Made by a program: the position numbers and the translations under genes | From: an uncultured Verrucomicrobiae bacterium | Lineage (GTDB): Bacteria > Verrucomicrobiota > Verrucomicrobiia > Limisphaerales > JAFGQR01 | Length of the DNA: 64,000 bases | Reading direction: 5' to 3' | Assembly: GCA_963788655.1 (NCBI GenBank) | Contig: CAWBHS010000006.1 | Span: 91,699 to 155,698, forward strand | In this document: positions 21,069-32,824 of the stretch, piece after piece | Layout: each line of letters opens with the position of its first letter | Numbering within the stretch: position 1 is the first letter of the stretch | Notes under the pieces: generated by a model | The model's input: only the letters and a program-made list of their open reading frames with translations | Told to the model about the DNA's origin: nothing | The model's database searches: none

Positions 21069-22574
21069 ATGCCGAAGCGCACCGACATACATTCCGTCCT
21101 CATCATAGGCGCCGGTCCGATCATCATCGGCCAGGCGTGCGAGTTTGATTATTCGGGCACCCAAGCCTGCAAGTCGCTCAAGGAAGAAGGCTTCCGCGTG
21201 ATCCTGGTCAACTCCAATCCGGCCACGATCATGACCGATCCGGAGTTCGCGGACCGCACCTACATTGAACCGATCACGCCGGAGTGCGTCGAGAAAATCA
21301 TCGCCCGCGAGGTGGCGGAATTGGCGCGCCTGAAAGCCCCCGGCAAATTGGTGCTGTTGCCGACCTTGGGTGGTCAAACCGCCCTCAACACCGCCATGGC
21401 CCTCAACCAGCGGGGCACTTTGGAAAAATACGGCGTCGAGATGATCGGCGCCAATGCGGGAGCCATCCAGCGCGGCGAAGACCGCCAGGTGTTCAAAGAG
21501 TTGATGCTGTCCATCGGGTTGGACGTACCGGTCAGCGGCATCGCGCACAACCTCGAGGAAGCCCGCGCCATGACGGAAAAAATCGGCCGGTTTCCCGTGA
21601 TCATTCGACCTGCTTTTACGCTCGGGGGCACCGGCGGCGGCACCGCTTACAACCGCGAGGAGTTTGAGGAGTTGGCCAAAAAGGGCATCGACTTGTCGCC
21701 CGTGAACGAGATTTTGGTCGAGGAATCGCTGCTGGGGTGGAAGGAATACGAAATGGAAGTGATGCGCGACAAGAACGACAATTGCGTCATCATTTGTTCG
21801 ATCGAGAACTTCGATCCCATGGGGGTTCATACCGGCGATTCCATCACCGTGGCGCCGACGCAGACGCTGACCGACAAAGAATTCCAAATCATGCGGGATG
21901 CCAGTTTCGCCGTAATCCGCGCGGTGGGCGTCGAGACGGGCGGCTCGAACATCCAGTTTGCCGTCAGTCCGGACAACGGTCGCATGGTGATCATCGAAAT
22001 GAATCCGCGCGTCTCGCGCAGTTCGGCGCTGGCCAGTAAGGCGACTGGTTTTCCGATTGCCAAAATTGCCGCGAAACTCGCGGTGGGTTACCTGCTCGAC
22101 GAGATTCCCAACGACATCACCCGGGAAACCCCGGCCAGTTTCGAACCCACCATCGATTACGTGGTGGTGAAAGTGCCGCGTTTTGCGTTCGAGAAATTTT
22201 CCCAGGCCGATCCGACGTTGAACACGCAAATGAAGAGCGTCGGCGAAGCGATGTCCATCGGGCGCACGTTCAAGGAAAGCCTCCAAAAATGCCTGCGCTC
22301 GCTGGAAATTGGCCACTACGGTCTGGGCGGTGATGGCAAACCGTGGCGGGTGGGCAATGATCTCTTTGCCGACCGCGAGGTGCTGCCCCGGGACTTGATT
22401 ACCCGCAAACTCAGCACGCCTAACGCCGAACGAATCTTCTTTGTTCGCCACGCCTTTCGGGCCGGCTTCACTATTGAAGAACTGTTCGAACTCACCAAAA
22501 TCGACCGCTGGTTTCTAACCCAGGTCAAGGAAATCGTGGACTTCGAGGAGGAGTTGGCGGAATCCAAGAATTGA
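21069..22574 (+). CDS. carB: Carbamoyl-phosphate synthase large subunit, N-terminal half only
   Basis: [52 protein letters not shown]; ends after IDRWFL at ~501 aa. Confidence 0.92.
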   Translation: MPKRTDIHSVLIIGAGPIIIGQACEFDYSGTQACKSLKEEGFRVILVNSNPATIMTDPEFADRTYIEPITPECVEKIIAREVAELARLKAPGKLVLLPTLGGQTALNTAMALNQRGTLEKYGVEMIGANAGAIQRGEDRQVFKELMLSIGLDVPVSGIAHNLEEARAMTEKIGRFPVIIRPAFTLGGTGGGTAYNREEFEELAKKGIDLSPVNEILVEESLLGWKEYEMEVMRDKNDNCVIICSIENFDPMGVHTGDSITVAPTQTLTDKEFQIMRDASFAVIRAVGVETGGSNIQFAVSPDNGRMVIIEMNPRVSRSSALASKATGFPIAKIAAKLAVGYLLDEIPNDITRETPASFEPTIDYVVVKVPRFAFEKFSQADPTLNTQMKSVGEAMSIGRTFKESLQKCLRSLEIGHYGLGGDGKPWRVGNDLFADREVLPRDLITRKLSTPNAERIFFVRHAFRAGFTIEELFELTKIDRWFLTQVKEIVDFEEELAESKN

Positions 22575-22938
22575 GCTGAGAGCTCAATTCCGATAAGGCT
22601 TGGGCGGTTGGGCGCACGGCACCTCGAGGGAAGGAGCGTCAGAGTCAAGCATACGGTTTTGAAGTCCGGGCCAATACGGCAGCGCCAGACAACGAGCGCC
22701 GACTGTAATCCTTGCCCCGGCCTGAGGCAAGCGTCCGCCCCGCGAAATTCGACGCTTCGCGGCCGCAGCCATTCACGTCGCTACGCCGCTGAAGTGGGAG
22801 GGGTTTGATTTCACCGAACAGAAATGGACGATCCGTTGCCCGAGGTGGAGAACAGTCCTCCGACGGCGCTCTGGAAGCATGCTGGAAATATGCAGCTTAA
22901 CCTTGGCACAACCCCGACCGGCGGGATATGTTACGCCA

Positions 22939-25128
22939 GTGCGGCTACTTATTATGTGCATTAGCTTGTGGGTCATCCCGGCGGAAACGCGGGTCAGGGC
23001 GACCGGCGGAAGCAAGGCGCAGGTTCCGCAAACAACAGTCAACGTGGAAAGCAACAACGTGAGCAAAGCGATCACCAACCAACCTCCGACCCCCAAGCAT
23101 ACGAACCGATTGGCCGGGGAGAAATCACCGTATTTGCTCCAGCACCAGCATAATCCGGTGGCCTGGTATCCGTGGGGCGAGGCGGCGTTTGCCAAAGCCC
23201 GCGAGGAAAACCAGCCCATCTTCCTGAGCATCGGTTACTCGACCTGCCACTGGTGTCATGTCATGGAGCGGGAATCGTTCGAGGACGAATCGGTGGCCGC
23301 CTTTCTGAATGCGCACTTCGTGGCCATCAAAGTGGACCGGGAGGAGCGCCCGGACGTGGACAAGATTTACATGACGTTTGTCCAGGCGATGACGGGCCAA
23401 GGGGGGTGGCCGTTAAATGTTTTCCTGACGCCCGACTTGCAACCGTTTTATGGCGGCACGTATTGGCCACCCGCTGAAGTTCACGGGCGCGCCGGATTTG
23501 TGACGGTTCTACATCAGGTCCAGCAAGCGTGGGCGGAGAAGCGCGAGCAAATCGCGGCTTCGGCCTTGGACATGCAAAAACGATTGGCGCAGGTCATGGC
23601 GCGCAAACCCGCTCCGTCCGAACTGCCGGAGGAATCGGTCCTTCGTCAGGCCGGCCTTCAACTGAAGCAGAATTACGATCCGGCGAACGGCGGATGGGGT
23701 CACGCCCCCAAATTTCCCACGCCCAGCCACCCGGCGTTCCTGCTGCTTTACGGCACGAAATACGACGACCCGGAAGCAATCAAGATGGTGTTGCACACGT
23801 GCGACCGCATGGCCCACGGCGGCGTTTACGATCAGCTTGGCGGCGGATTCCATCGCTACTCGGTGGACGAGAAATGGCTGGTGCCGCATTTCGAAAAAAT
23901 GTTGTATGACAACGCCCAGTTGCTCGCGCTTTATCTCGATGCCTACCTCGTGAGCGGACAAGCGCAGTATGCGGAAGTCGCTCGTGGGATTGCTGGCTAC
24001 GTCTTGCGCGATATGACGCATCCCGAGGGTGGATTCTATTCGGCGGAGGATGCGGACAGCGAGGGCAAGGAAGGGAAATTCTATTGCTGGACGCGCGCCG
24101 AATTGTCGCAGTTGCTGACGGTGGAGGAATTCAACGTGGCGGTAAAATTCTTTGGCGTGACCCAGGAGGGCAACTTTATTGATCACAGCGATCCCAGTCC
24201 GTTGCCGCACCAGAATGTGCTGAGCGTGGCGGTCCCCGCGCTGCCGCCGGCGGACCGACCAGTGCTCGCATCGGCCCGAGCCAAAATGATCGCCGCGCGC
24301 CGGCACCGGGTTCGACCGCATTTGGATGACAAGGTTCTCGCCTCCTGGAATGGGCTGATGCTCGGAGCTCTGGCGCGCGCTTCGGTCGTGTTGGGAGAAA
24401 CCGCCTACCGCGAAGCCGCGGAACGGAACCTGGCCTTCCTGAAGGCAGTACTTTGGGATGCCGCCAGCACGACGTTGTATCATCGCTGGCGGGATGGCGA
24501 AAGGGACTCGGTCCAACTGTTGGATGCCTACGCGTCAGTATTGTCCGGCACGCTGGAATTGTATCAGGCCACATTGAAGCCCGAGTATTTGGAATTTTCA
24601 GTGACATTGGGGGAGAGTCTGCTGAAGAATTTCTACGACGCTGAGGCCGGCGGTTTTTGGCAAAGCCGGAGCGATGACTTGATTCTGCGCGTGAAGGAGG
24701 ATTACGACGGTGCCGAGCCGTCGGGAAATTCCGTTGCCATTCTTGCCCTGCTCAAGTTGAGCGCCTTGACCGGACGCCAAACTTTCCGGGACGCGGCCGA
24801 AAAGAGTTTGCGCTTGTTTGGGGACCGGATGCAGCAAATTCCGCAGGCGGTGCCCTACCTGCTGGCGGCACTGGATTATGCGCTCAAGGAACCGCGACGG
24901 ATCGTCATCGCCGGCGCGGTCAACGGCCCCGAAGGCCGCGAATTATTGCGGGCCGCGCACGCGGTGTTTCAGCCGCACAAAGTTATTATGGGAACGACCG
25001 GCCCAGTGGAAGAGTTTGTGCGGACGTTAGCGGCCCCGGAGGGAAAACCGACGGTTTATCTCTGCACCGGCAACGCCTGCCAGCCGCCGACCCAGGACGC
25101 GAAACAAGTGATGGCCTTGCTGCGGTAG
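22939..25128 (+). CDS. Thioredoxin-domain protein, YyaL/SPATA20 (DUF255) family
   Basis: [35 protein letters not shown]; start uncertain. Confidence 0.9.
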   Translation: MRLLIMCISLWVIPAETRVRATGGSKAQVPQTTVNVESNNVSKAITNQPPTPKHTNRLAGEKSPYLLQHQHNPVAWYPWGEAAFAKAREENQPIFLSIGYSTCHWCHVMERESFEDESVAAFLNAHFVAIKVDREERPDVDKIYMTFVQAMTGQGGWPLNVFLTPDLQPFYGGTYWPPAEVHGRAGFVTVLHQVQQAWAEKREQIAASALDMQKRLAQVMARKPAPSELPEESVLRQAGLQLKQNYDPANGGWGHAPKFPTPSHPAFLLLYGTKYDDPEAIKMVLHTCDRMAHGGVYDQLGGGFHRYSVDEKWLVPHFEKMLYDNAQLLALYLDAYLVSGQAQYAEVARGIAGYVLRDMTHPEGGFYSAEDADSEGKEGKFYCWTRAELSQLLTVEEFNVAVKFFGVTQEGNFIDHSDPSPLPHQNVLSVAVPALPPADRPVLASARAKMIAARRHRVRPHLDDKVLASWNGLMLGALARASVVLGETAYREAAERNLAFLKAVLWDAASTTLYHRWRDGERDSVQLLDAYASVLSGTLELYQATLKPEYLEFSVTLGESLLKNFYDAEAGGFWQSRSDDLILRVKEDYDGAEPSGNSVAILALLKLSALTGRQTFRDAAEKSLRLFGDRMQQIPQAVPYLLAALDYALKEPRRIVIAGAVNGPEGRELLRAAHAVFQPHKVIMGTTGPVEEFVRTLAAPEGKPTVYLCTGNACQPPTQDAKQVMALLR

Positions 25129-26076
25129 CGCTTCGGCGGGATCAATCCAGTCGAGCGAGGGCGAATTGGGCCGGGACGCGGGCGCCCAAAACCGGACATA
25201 CTGTTCCACGCCCGCCTCCGCGGTTTCATCCTTCTTGAACCGCCATTCGCCGTCCTTACGAAACCGTTTGAGAAATTCCTTCATGTGGATTCCCGTCAAC
25301 ACGTACGACCGCTTGCCTTCCATCCAGCAGAACGTCGCCCAATGATGGCACTCGGCCATCTGAATTGTTTTCGGTAACGGCGCATCCGCCATGTCGGGCA
25401 GATCGCCGACCAGGAAGTGCAAGTGTTGCGGGCCCTGCAAATAACAAAGGAAAGCGACTTTGTGTCCATTCCACTCCAACACCCGCGCGCCGAAGAGGGA
25501 GGCTTCTTGCAGCGCCGAGGGAACCGTAAACGAGCTGTCCACGTGCTTTGCCTGCAGCCAGGCGCGCACAACGGCCAGGTTGTTCGTCTGGAAATCAACG
25601 TGCCGATGCTGGTTCCAAGTGGCGGCTACGACCTCATTCAAGTAACGCGCGAAATCGCGCGGTTGTCGACTGCTCAGCAGCACCGGCACAAAGGCGAGGA
25701 GCGTAAGGCAGACCATCAGCGCCACGCGGGCAGGCCAGTGCCGCCACCAGTTCGAGGCCAATACCGCTTTCTCCGGAATAATGGGCGCGTTCAATACGCG
25801 AGTAACCGTGTGCAGTACGCGGGTCCAAACCGAATCAGCCGTCTGCGGAACAACAAAAGGTTCCGTCTGCAAGGTTTCCAAAAGATGCGCCGGCACCGAA
25901 ATGGATTTCAGGATGGCGCTCATGGCCGCGTCAAAGGCCAGTTGCTGTCCAAACCATTCCCTAAGCTCGGCATCTTGCTCGGCCACAGCAAGCGCGGCGG
26001 CAAATTGGGGGTCAGAAGCATCCTGCCCACCGGCCCGGTACAACGCTAAGATGGCTTTAGCTTCTTGACGATTCAT
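25027..26076 (-). CDS. Putative anti-sigma factor (single TM)
   Basis: [14 protein letters not shown]...[23 protein letters not shown]; overlaps the ECF gene. Confidence 0.75.
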   Translation of the reverse strand: MNRQEAKAILALYRAGGQDASDPQFAAALAVAEQDAELREWFGQQLAFDAAMSAILKSISVPAHLLETLQTEPFVVPQTADSVWTRVLHTVTRVLNAPIIPEKAVLASNWWRHWPARVALMVCLTLLAFVPVLLSSRQPRDFARYLNEVVAATWNQHRHVDFQTNNLAVVRAWLQAKHVDSSFTVPSALQEASLFGARVLEWNGHKVAFLCYLQGPQHLHFLVGDLPDMADAPLPKTIQMAECHHWATFCWMEGKRSYVLTGIHMKEFLKRFRKDGEWRFKKDETAEAGVEQYVRFWAPASRPNSPSLDWIDPAEALPQQGHHLFRVLGRRLAGVAGAEINRRFSLRGR

Positions 26077-26626
26077 GGTCTAACTCCAGGGGATTGGCGT
26101 TCAAGTTCAGTTTGCGCCCATTGGTAGGGTCGGGCTGTTCCGCCAAGCGGGCGCGCAACAGTTCGCGTCCGCGCGAGATGCGCGACATTACGGTGCCGAT
26201 GGGCACTTGAAGAATTTCAGCGATTTCTTTGTACGAGTTGTCCTCCAGATAAAAAAGCACCAGCGGCGTGCGAAAGGGTTCCTCCAGCTTCAGCAGGGTT
26301 TCGCGCGCGGTGGCGCCGTCCACCTCGCTGCTCGCGACGGCCGACTGCGTGCTGGGCTGATGATGATCCATTTGCGGATCGTATGCTTCAAAGCGCGACT
26401 GACGCTGTTTGGAGTCCACAAACTCACGATACAAGGTGGTAAAGAGCCAGCTTTTGATGCGGGATAAGTTTTGAATCTGATGCCCCTTCTGGGCCAGCAG
26501 CCGGTAGGTTTCCTGGGTCAAGTCGCAGGCGTCGGCTTCCCGATGCGTCAGGCTCCAAGCAAAGCGATAGAGCGATTCATAGTGCGCTTTCACGGCTTGC
26601 TCATAGATCGACTTGTCCAAGGTCAT
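26057..26626 (-). CDS. ECF RNA polymerase sigma factor
   Basis: DACDLTQETY, KSWLFTTL, SYKEIAEILQVPIGTVMSRISRGR. Confidence 0.92.
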   Translation of the reverse strand: MTLDKSIYEQAVKAHYESLYRFAWSLTHREADACDLTQETYRLLAQKGHQIQNLSRIKSWLFTTLYREFVDSKQRQSRFEAYDPQMDHHQPSTQSAVASSEVDGATARETLLKLEEPFRTPLVLFYLEDNSYKEIAEILQVPIGTVMSRISRGRELLRARLAEQPDPTNGRKLNLNANPLELDHESSRS

Positions 26627-26775
26627 GGGACGCGCGCTTTTTCAGTATTACTACCGAATACTTCGCATGACCGCCGGCCGATGTAAATACTTCTCTCACG
26701 ATCGCTTCGAGCACACGCCTGAATTGATTGGGCGAATGGGCGTTCTCCATGGGGCTCTGGTCGTCAAAAGTATGC

Positions 26776-26803
26776 GGGGGCGTCGTCCAATCCCGACGCC
26801 CCC
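26776..26803 (-). terminator. Candidate terminator after the prepilin gene
   Basis: GGGGGCGTCG/CGACGCCCCC stem, followed by ATACTTTT on the minus strand. Confidence 0.5.
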
Positions 26804-26820
26804 CCCAGTCAACCAGAAGT

Positions 26821-27609
26821 TTAATTTCCCAGCGGGAACAGAAAGTGCAAGTTTCCGTTGTCGTCTCCTTGCTCCAGCGCGTCATTCAATCCGATGTCCG
26901 TGGTCTTTTCGACGCTCCCGTCCAGCTTGGCGATGTTGCCCGAGCCTTCACCATGGATGCCTTTTTCCCAGTAGGATTTCTCGCCATTGGCGATGTTAAT
27001 TCCCTGCGCCGTGTTAATGCCTGAAGAACAGCCGACGTTAACCCCAAACGTATGCATGTTGCGATCCGTCAAGAGAATGTGCTGTTGGGCGGCCGCCCAA
27101 TTCAATGAGCCGTTCTTGTACCCGCCATCCAGGGCCAGAACGATGCTGACTGCGTTGCCTTTAAACGCGCCATTCAAGAATCCGCCATCGGCACTGTGCG
27201 ACCAGTCGAATGCGGCCGTTTTCGCTTTATCCGCGGGGCACACCAGAATCTTGGGTGACGCCAGCTCGTTGGAGATAAACGCATACTGAAACCAAAGGTT
27301 GTTCTGAAATCCCGCCCAGGGCGGTTGTTGACTTGGAGTGCAAGTTGGGTTGGATCCGGTGAGTTTGAGCCCCCCATCGTCATAGCAGACGCGGAAGGGG
27401 AGGTTATTCTTGTCGTTGTCGTTGACCCATAAGTTGTAGGCCAGAGCGATTTGCTTCATGTTGCTGACACAGGCAATCTGCAAGGCTTTGGCTTTCGCCC
27501 GAGCCAGGGCTGGCAGGAGTAATCCCGCCAGGATGGCGATGATGGCGATGACGACCAGGAGTTCGATCAGGGTAAACCCGGCTTGCGTGTTTTGATGCTT
27601 CTTTTCCAT
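26821..27609 (-). CDS. Prepilin-type N-terminal cleavage/methylation protein with H-Xn-DG C-terminus
   Basis: [49 protein letters not shown]. Confidence 0.92.
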   Translation of the reverse strand: MEKKHQNTQAGFTLIELLVVIAIIAILAGLLLPALARAKAKALQIACVSNMKQIALAYNLWVNDNDKNNLPFRVCYDDGGLKLTGSNPTCTPSQQPPWAGFQNNLWFQYAFISNELASPKILVCPADKAKTAAFDWSHSADGGFLNGAFKGNAVSIVLALDGGYKNGSLNWAAAQQHILLTDRNMHTFGVNVGCSSGINTAQGINIANGEKSYWEKGIHGEGSGNIAKLDGSVEKTTDIGLNDALEQGDDNGNLHFLFPLGN

Positions 27610-27829
27610 AAGCGTAATTGTTTATTCATCGATTTTGCCGCTGCTGCCCGCCTACTCCGTAGTGTTGCAGACGTGCGATTTGTGGGTACGACCGGTATCC
27701 CTGGGATCTTATTCCCGGAAAGAGCAAATTTGTGCAAGGCAACTATGGGAAAGGCAAATTTCGCGCGGAAACGGAAGTTGCATGGAGCGCCGGCTGGAAG
27801 ACCGTGAAGATCGGAAGTATGGACGCGGA

Positions 27830-28246
27830 TTAAATGTAATACATCTTCTCGTGGGCGGCGGCGTCGAGCAATTGCTGGAAGGTGATGGCATTGGCGGTTT
27901 CATCCAGCGTGGATTGCAGTTTCTTCCACGCCTTCGCCAGTTCCGGAGGACAATCCGGGTCCGCCAAAGCCGGCGAATCAAATACCTGGCCATGGATGGC
28001 GCGCAGCACGGATCCCAAAGAGATGTCGGACGGCGAAACTGCCAGCAGGTATCCTCCATCTTTGCCACGGATGCTTTTGACGAGGTGCTTTGATTTCAAC
28101 TCGATCAATATCTGCACTAGAAAATTGGCCGGGATGCCAAATTCGGAGGCCAGTTCCTCGACCTTCACGGCCTTGCCCCTGAGGTAGTGACGGGACAAAC
28201 CGAGCACGGCCCGCGTGGCATAATCACTTTTAACGGACAACTTCAC
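27830..28246 (-). CDS. Rrf2 family transcriptional regulator (CymR-like)
   Basis: KLSVKSDYA.RA, S.RG.DGGY.LA, C-terminal MYYI; GTG start. Confidence 0.88.
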   Translation of the reverse strand: MKLSVKSDYATRAVLGLSRHYLRGKAVKVEELASEFGIPANFLVQILIELKSKHLVKSIRGKDGGYLLAVSPSDISLGSVLRAIHGQVFDSPALADPDCPPELAKAWKKLQSTLDETANAITFQQLLDAAAHEKMYYI

Positions 28247-28481
28247 TGGCGGGAAGTTAGGAAGGACCGCCAGCCGGCGCAATGAAAACAACTGCGCCCC
28301 GCATGTTTCAACGTGGTGCCGACGACTTGCCGGCCCCTCAAACGGAAGATTGCGCAACGAATGGAGCTAAGCGTTCAAGCCTGCCCGGCGCGTTCGTTTC
28401 GGTCGGCAGGACGCCTGCACTTCGACAGCGGCGTATAATATCCGAGTTACCAAGCAGCAAACTTGGCCGAGACTATTCAGA

Positions 28482-28611
28482 AGGACAGGTGTCCACCTGT
28501 CCCGAACGGGTGCCAACCAACAACTTGTATCACAGCGCCGCGAGTCTTCCTATGTCGCTAAACGGTGAGGAGCCTTGGGTTATCCGAGACAGGCGAGACG
28601 CCTGTCCTACC
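28482..28611. repeat. REP pair family B (degenerate)
   Basis: AGGACAGGTGTCCACCTGTCCC ... GACAGGCGAGACGCCTGTCCTACC. Confidence 0.6.
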
Positions 28612-28668
28612 ACGCCGAACTGCCTCCTCGCCGCTCCAGCCACTGAATTGATACGGCCAAGCCGAGGG

Positions 28669-29640
28669 CTACTGGGTCCGGAAGGCCCGGCGCAACATGG
28701 CAATGCTCTTGGGCACGGCAATATCCGGGTCTTCCTTACCTTCCATTTCCAGGGAAACGTAGCCGGTGTAGCCAGCGTCTGTGAGAATTTTGGCAATGCG
28801 CGGGTAGTCCAAATCCAGCGTGTACCATTCACCGCCACCGTAATAAGTCTTGGCCTGAACAAACACAGTCTTGGGAGCGATCTCCTTGAGTTTGTCGTAT
28901 GGATTCTCAAGGAAATTGCCCGTGTCCATGAGTACCCCAAGCCACGGATCCTGGATCGCCTTGGCGATGCGCAACAGCCCTTGCGGCGTGCCGGTCAGGC
29001 CCCAGTGGTTTTCCAGCGCCAGCAAAACACCGCATTCCGCAGCCTTGGACAGGCATTTCTCGATGCCGTCAATGCACCACTTGAAGCCCTCGTCCTCGGT
29101 ATGGCCGGGCAGCACCGGTTCGATACCACGCGCCTTCATCAGGTCGTCGAAGTCCGGAATGGTGTTCCACCGACCGGAGTTTAAGCGAATGCATGGGATG
29201 CCCAATTCATAGGCGATCTCGATGCACTTGTGGGTGTGCTCGACTTGCTTCTGCCGGAAGGCGGGGTCCGGGTCCACGAAGTCCTGGTGAACTGAAAGGC
29301 AGATCAGATCGATCCCGTTCCGGAAGGCCTGACGTTTGAGCTTCTGCAAATAAGGACGCTGCGCCGGCGTCAGCGGTTCCTTCTCCGGAATGTCCATCTG
29401 GCGATGAAGAATATCCACGCCTTCCACGCCCAGGATGGCGGCTTTGTCGATGACCGTCTCGATCGGCACTCGTTCGGTCCGGAAGTGCCAGTAGGAGTAT
29501 GTGGAAATGCCCAGTTTAATACGCTTGTGCCGGCGGGATGCCGGCGGTGTGGCGGCGGTAGCAGTCGGGGGTGATCCAAGGGCAATGGCCGCGCCAGTCA
29601 CGGCGGTGGCGGAGAGAAATGATCGTCGATTGAATTGCAT
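28669..29640 (-). CDS. Tat-exported sugar phosphate isomerase/epimerase (TIM barrel)
   Basis: NRRSFL Tat motif, LALENHWG, DTGNF, SLEMEG. Confidence 0.88.
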   Translation of the reverse strand: MQFNRRSFLSATAVTGAAIALGSPPTATAATPPASRRHKRIKLGISTYSYWHFRTERVPIETVIDKAAILGVEGVDILHRQMDIPEKEPLTPAQRPYLQKLKRQAFRNGIDLICLSVHQDFVDPDPAFRQKQVEHTHKCIEIAYELGIPCIRLNSGRWNTIPDFDDLMKARGIEPVLPGHTEDEGFKWCIDGIEKCLSKAAECGVLLALENHWGLTGTPQGLLRIAKAIQDPWLGVLMDTGNFLENPYDKLKEIAPKTVFVQAKTYYGGGEWYTLDLDYPRIAKILTDAGYTGYVSLEMEGKEDPDIAVPKSIAMLRRAFRTQ

Positions 29641-29821
29641 AAATTTATGGGACTGTGCTGTTTTATTCGGGGATTGTAACGCTGGCGGCTTTGGCTTTCA
29701 ATAACTACATGAACGCGCCTCATCACTTGTTCCGGCTGGCTCGGTGCTGAATAGCCCTTACTAGCGTGTTCCGCTCGCAAGTTTCTGGCAAAACGCTTCC
29801 AGCTTGCTAGCCTCCAAACCC

Positions 29822-30598
29822 ATGAAAACATTTGTCCAAGCGCCAAAAGAACGGTCATGGCCTCCATTGGTGAACAACCCGGCTTGCAACTGCGTGATCG
29901 CTCTGAGCCTCGCTGTCATGGGGCTGGTGTCTCCCCTCCACGCCGCCGAGGCCTTGGCGAATCCGGAAATCAACGGCGCCACGCCCATCAATCCGCAATT
30001 GGTGGAGCGATGGGATGCGATGTATCGATCCGGTCGCCGACCGCCATGGGAAACCGGCCGGCCTTCCACGGAATTGAAACGCCTGGTTGAACAACAGGTG
30101 ATTCGACCGTGCCGGGTGTTGGAACTGGGCTGCGGCACTGGCGAGAATGCGGTGTATCTCGCCAGCCAGAAATTTGACGTCACCGCCATCGACCTGGCGC
30201 CGACGGCGCTGAAGCTTGCCGAAGAACGCGCCCAAAAAGCCGGCGCCAAGGTGCGCTGGATTCAGGCGGACGTGTTGAATCCGCCCGCGCTGAAGCCGTT
30301 CGACCTCATTTTTGACCGCGGTTGTTACCACGGCGTTCGGCGCCAAAATGCGACGGGGTACGTCACGACTGTCAAAACCCTGTGTCGGCCCGATGGACAC
30401 CTATTGATCCTGGCGGGCAACGCCAACGAACCCGGCGCTCGCGGCGGACCACCGCGCGTGGATGAAACCGAACTGGTCGGCGATTTCGCCGGCGCGTTTG
30501 ACTTCGAGCGCCTGCGGGAAATACGCTTCGACACCGCGGACCCGAAAGTCCCGGGAGCCTGGGCTTGGTCGCTGCTCCTGCGACGGAAACCGCTCTGA
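29822..30598 (+). CDS. Class I SAM-dependent methyltransferase
   Basis: PPWETG, VLELGCGTG, FDRGCYH; start uncertain. Confidence 0.85.
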   Translation: MKTFVQAPKERSWPPLVNNPACNCVIALSLAVMGLVSPLHAAEALANPEINGATPINPQLVERWDAMYRSGRRPPWETGRPSTELKRLVEQQVIRPCRVLELGCGTGENAVYLASQKFDVTAIDLAPTALKLAEERAQKAGAKVRWIQADVLNPPALKPFDLIFDRGCYHGVRRQNATGYVTTVKTLCRPDGHLLILAGNANEPGARGGPPRVDETELVGDFAGAFDFERLREIRFDTADPKVPGAWAWSLLLRRKPL

Positions 30599-30628
30599 GC
30601 CGCAAGCCACTTACAATCGTACCGACCG

Positions 30629-30943
30629 GTGGCTGGAAAACACTTCATACCGCAAAAGCTGCGACCGTGGATCGATGCGCGCCGGAAGTTTCACCTGAGC
30701 CACGCCCAAGTGCAGATGGCGCGTGAGCTCGGGATGAACCCTAAGAAATTCGGTCACTTAAACAACCACAAGCAGGAACGCTGGAAACTGCCGTTGCCGC
30801 TCTTCATCGAAGAATGTTATTTCAAGCGATTCGGCAAAACCCAACCTGAAGACCCGCGTCCCCTCGAAGCCAAGCTCGCCGAAAAAGCCGCGAAAAAGGC
30901 CCTCAAGAAAGCGATAGAACAATCCCAGCCACAGAATTCCTGA
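30629..30943 (+). CDS. Conserved hypothetical protein
   Basis: WIDARRKFHLSHAQVQMARELGMNPKKF...WKLPLP.FIEE.Y.KRFG; coding-like codon usage. Confidence 0.7.
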   Translation: MAGKHFIPQKLRPWIDARRKFHLSHAQVQMARELGMNPKKFGHLNNHKQERWKLPLPLFIEECYFKRFGKTQPEDPRPLEAKLAEKAAKKALKKAIEQSQPQNS

Positions 30944-31042
30944 TCGGCTGCTTTGACCACTCGAAGGGCGTGGAATCGGCGTGAACCCCCTCATGAAACA
31001 TGCGGGTCGAAATTAAATGTCATGCGTGAGAGAATGGCCTAA

Positions 31043-31115
31043 TTCACCGCGAAGACACGAAGAGCGCAAAGGATGTGGAAGGTTACCTTTGCGCTCTTCG
31101 TGTCTTTGCGGTGAA
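31043..31115. repeat. 30-bp near-perfect inverted repeat (REP/BIME-like)
   Basis: TTCACCGCGAAGACACGAAGAGCGCAAAGG / CCTTTGCGCTCTTCGTGTCTTTGCGGTGAA. Confidence 0.85.
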
Positions 31116-31179
31116 CTGGAGCCGTCCCAATCCATTTTTGCGGCGACTCAACGGCTGCTTTCAGGCCGAGTATTTCGCC

Positions 31180-32586
31180 TCAATACTCCCGGTCTTTGAG
31201 CCGGCCGGGCTGGGGCATGGGGTATTTGCCGTCGAAATCCAAGGCAACTGGCGCACTTGAATCTCCGGCGAATTTGTCCACATCCGGCGCGAACTCATAA
31301 GCATCATTCAACATTTCATCAAACTCAACGACCTGCCCAGTGTGAACCGCCCGTCGCCCCATGGCCACGACGAAGGCCGCTTCAGCGCCGCGCTTCACTT
31401 CGTTGTAGGGTTGGTCCTGGCGGATGGCCTTGACCAAGTGCTCCCATTCCAATTCGTAGGGATTTGGCTCCGGTTGGGGAAACGCCCACGTCATTGCCGC
31501 GCGGGTGAAGTTGTGTCCCTTAAACGTTCGGCACTTGGTGGGGGTGTGCATGAAGGAGGAAATCACCGCCGAACCTTTGGTGCCGTGGGCGTAACTGGCG
31601 AATTCCTCGTGGCAGCCGCGCATGTAACGTGAGTTTAGAAGGAGCTTGGTTCCGTCGGCAAAGGTGTATTCAACCGAATAGGTGTCCAAATTCTGGTCCA
31701 CCGCATTCTCGCGATACTGACGCGCGCCCACCCCTTGGGCGCGGACAGGCCAGGCGCCTTTCATCCAGCAACACTCGTCCAGGTTGTGGGCGACATAATC
31801 GTGAAACACTCCGCCGCTGGCCCACATAAAACCGAGGTATTTCTGCACCTGGAACAGCAGTTCATTCATTGCATTCGGCTTGGGGCCAACGAAGCCCGCC
31901 GGGGAAACCAAACGGTATGATCGGAGCATCGTGAGGTCACCGATCTCACCTTGTTGAACCCGCTCCAACAACGCCTGGCGCGCCTGGCAATGCCGGCACA
32001 TCAAGCCCACGCCCACCTTCAGGTTCTTTTGGGTCGCGGCTTCGCCAAGCTGGATCATGCGACGCGTGGTGGGACCATCCACGCAAATGGGTTTTTCCAT
32101 GAACACATGAAGCCCTTTGGCGATGGCGTGCTGAAAATGAACCCACCGAAACGCCACCGGCGTCGTCAGGATCACCACGTCACCGGGCTTCAGACAATCC
32201 ATGGCTTTTTGGTACGCATCAAAGCCAAGGAACTGGCGCTCGGATGGCACCTCGACTTGCGCGCCGCTGAAGCCCATGATCCAACTGTCCGCTGATCCTT
32301 CGACTTTCCGGGCGGCGCTCTTCAACGCGTCGTAACTGCGGTCGAGGCGCTCCTGGAAGAGGTCGGCCATGGCGACAAGTTTGATCGGGCCGCCGTGACG
32401 CTGGGTGGCGAGGGCATTGGCGACGGCGCCGGTGCCGCGTCCGCCGCAGCCGATCAACGCGAGTTGAATCGTGTTTTGTTCGGCGGTATAGCCGGCTCGT
32501 GGCACAGCCGCCGCCAAGGCAATTCCCGCGGCGGCGTGGCTGGAGGTTTTGAGGAATGCACGGCGCGAAGTAATTGGAGTTTTCAT
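31180..32586 (-). CDS. Tat-exported Gfo/Idh/MocA oxidoreductase
   Basis: SRRAFL, IGCGGRG, EKP, H.LDECCW. Confidence 0.9.
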   Translation of the reverse strand: MKTPITSRRAFLKTSSHAAAGIALAAAVPRAGYTAEQNTIQLALIGCGGRGTGAVANALATQRHGGPIKLVAMADLFQERLDRSYDALKSAARKVEGSADSWIMGFSGAQVEVPSERQFLGFDAYQKAMDCLKPGDVVILTTPVAFRWVHFQHAIAKGLHVFMEKPICVDGPTTRRMIQLGEAATQKNLKVGVGLMCRHCQARQALLERVQQGEIGDLTMLRSYRLVSPAGFVGPKPNAMNELLFQVQKYLGFMWASGGVFHDYVAHNLDECCWMKGAWPVRAQGVGARQYRENAVDQNLDTYSVEYTFADGTKLLLNSRYMRGCHEEFASYAHGTKGSAVISSFMHTPTKCRTFKGHNFTRAAMTWAFPQPEPNPYELEWEHLVKAIRQDQPYNEVKRGAEAAFVVAMGRRAVHTGQVVEFDEMLNDAYEFAPDVDKFAGDSSAPVALDFDGKYPMPQPGRLKDREY

Positions 32587-32824
32587 GAGCGCACAGTGTA
32601 ACGACGGCGCGGGGGCAGTCACGGCTGAACTTCGGATTTCAAACAAGGCATGGCGCCCAAACACTAAAGCGCGAATGAAGTGATCGTACTCGATTTCTGA
32701 GGGCAACTCAAATTTGCGCTTCGGCGTCCAAGGCGAGCTGGTCCTGACGGCTCAACCATGTCATACCGCTGGCTGACCTGGAACGCGGTTCAACTGTCAG
32801 TCGCCGGCAGGTCAGGCGAGGACA

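Noticed and set aside
20886..22451. 760 aa minus-strand ORF and other long antisense ORFs (e.g. 9656-10960, 33674-35164, 38141-39481, 4770-6155)
   Set aside because: Shadow frames of well-supported genes in GC-rich DNA; only the last ~240 aa of the 760 aa ORF looks like a real gene.
22572..22620. Selenocysteine or stop readthrough at the carB TGA hairpin
   Set aside because: The hairpin contains rather than follows the codon, and the downstream sequence does not encode CarB.
27722..27740. Sigma-54 promoter upstream of the prepilin gene
   Set aside because: Lacks the -24 GG and has wrong spacing.
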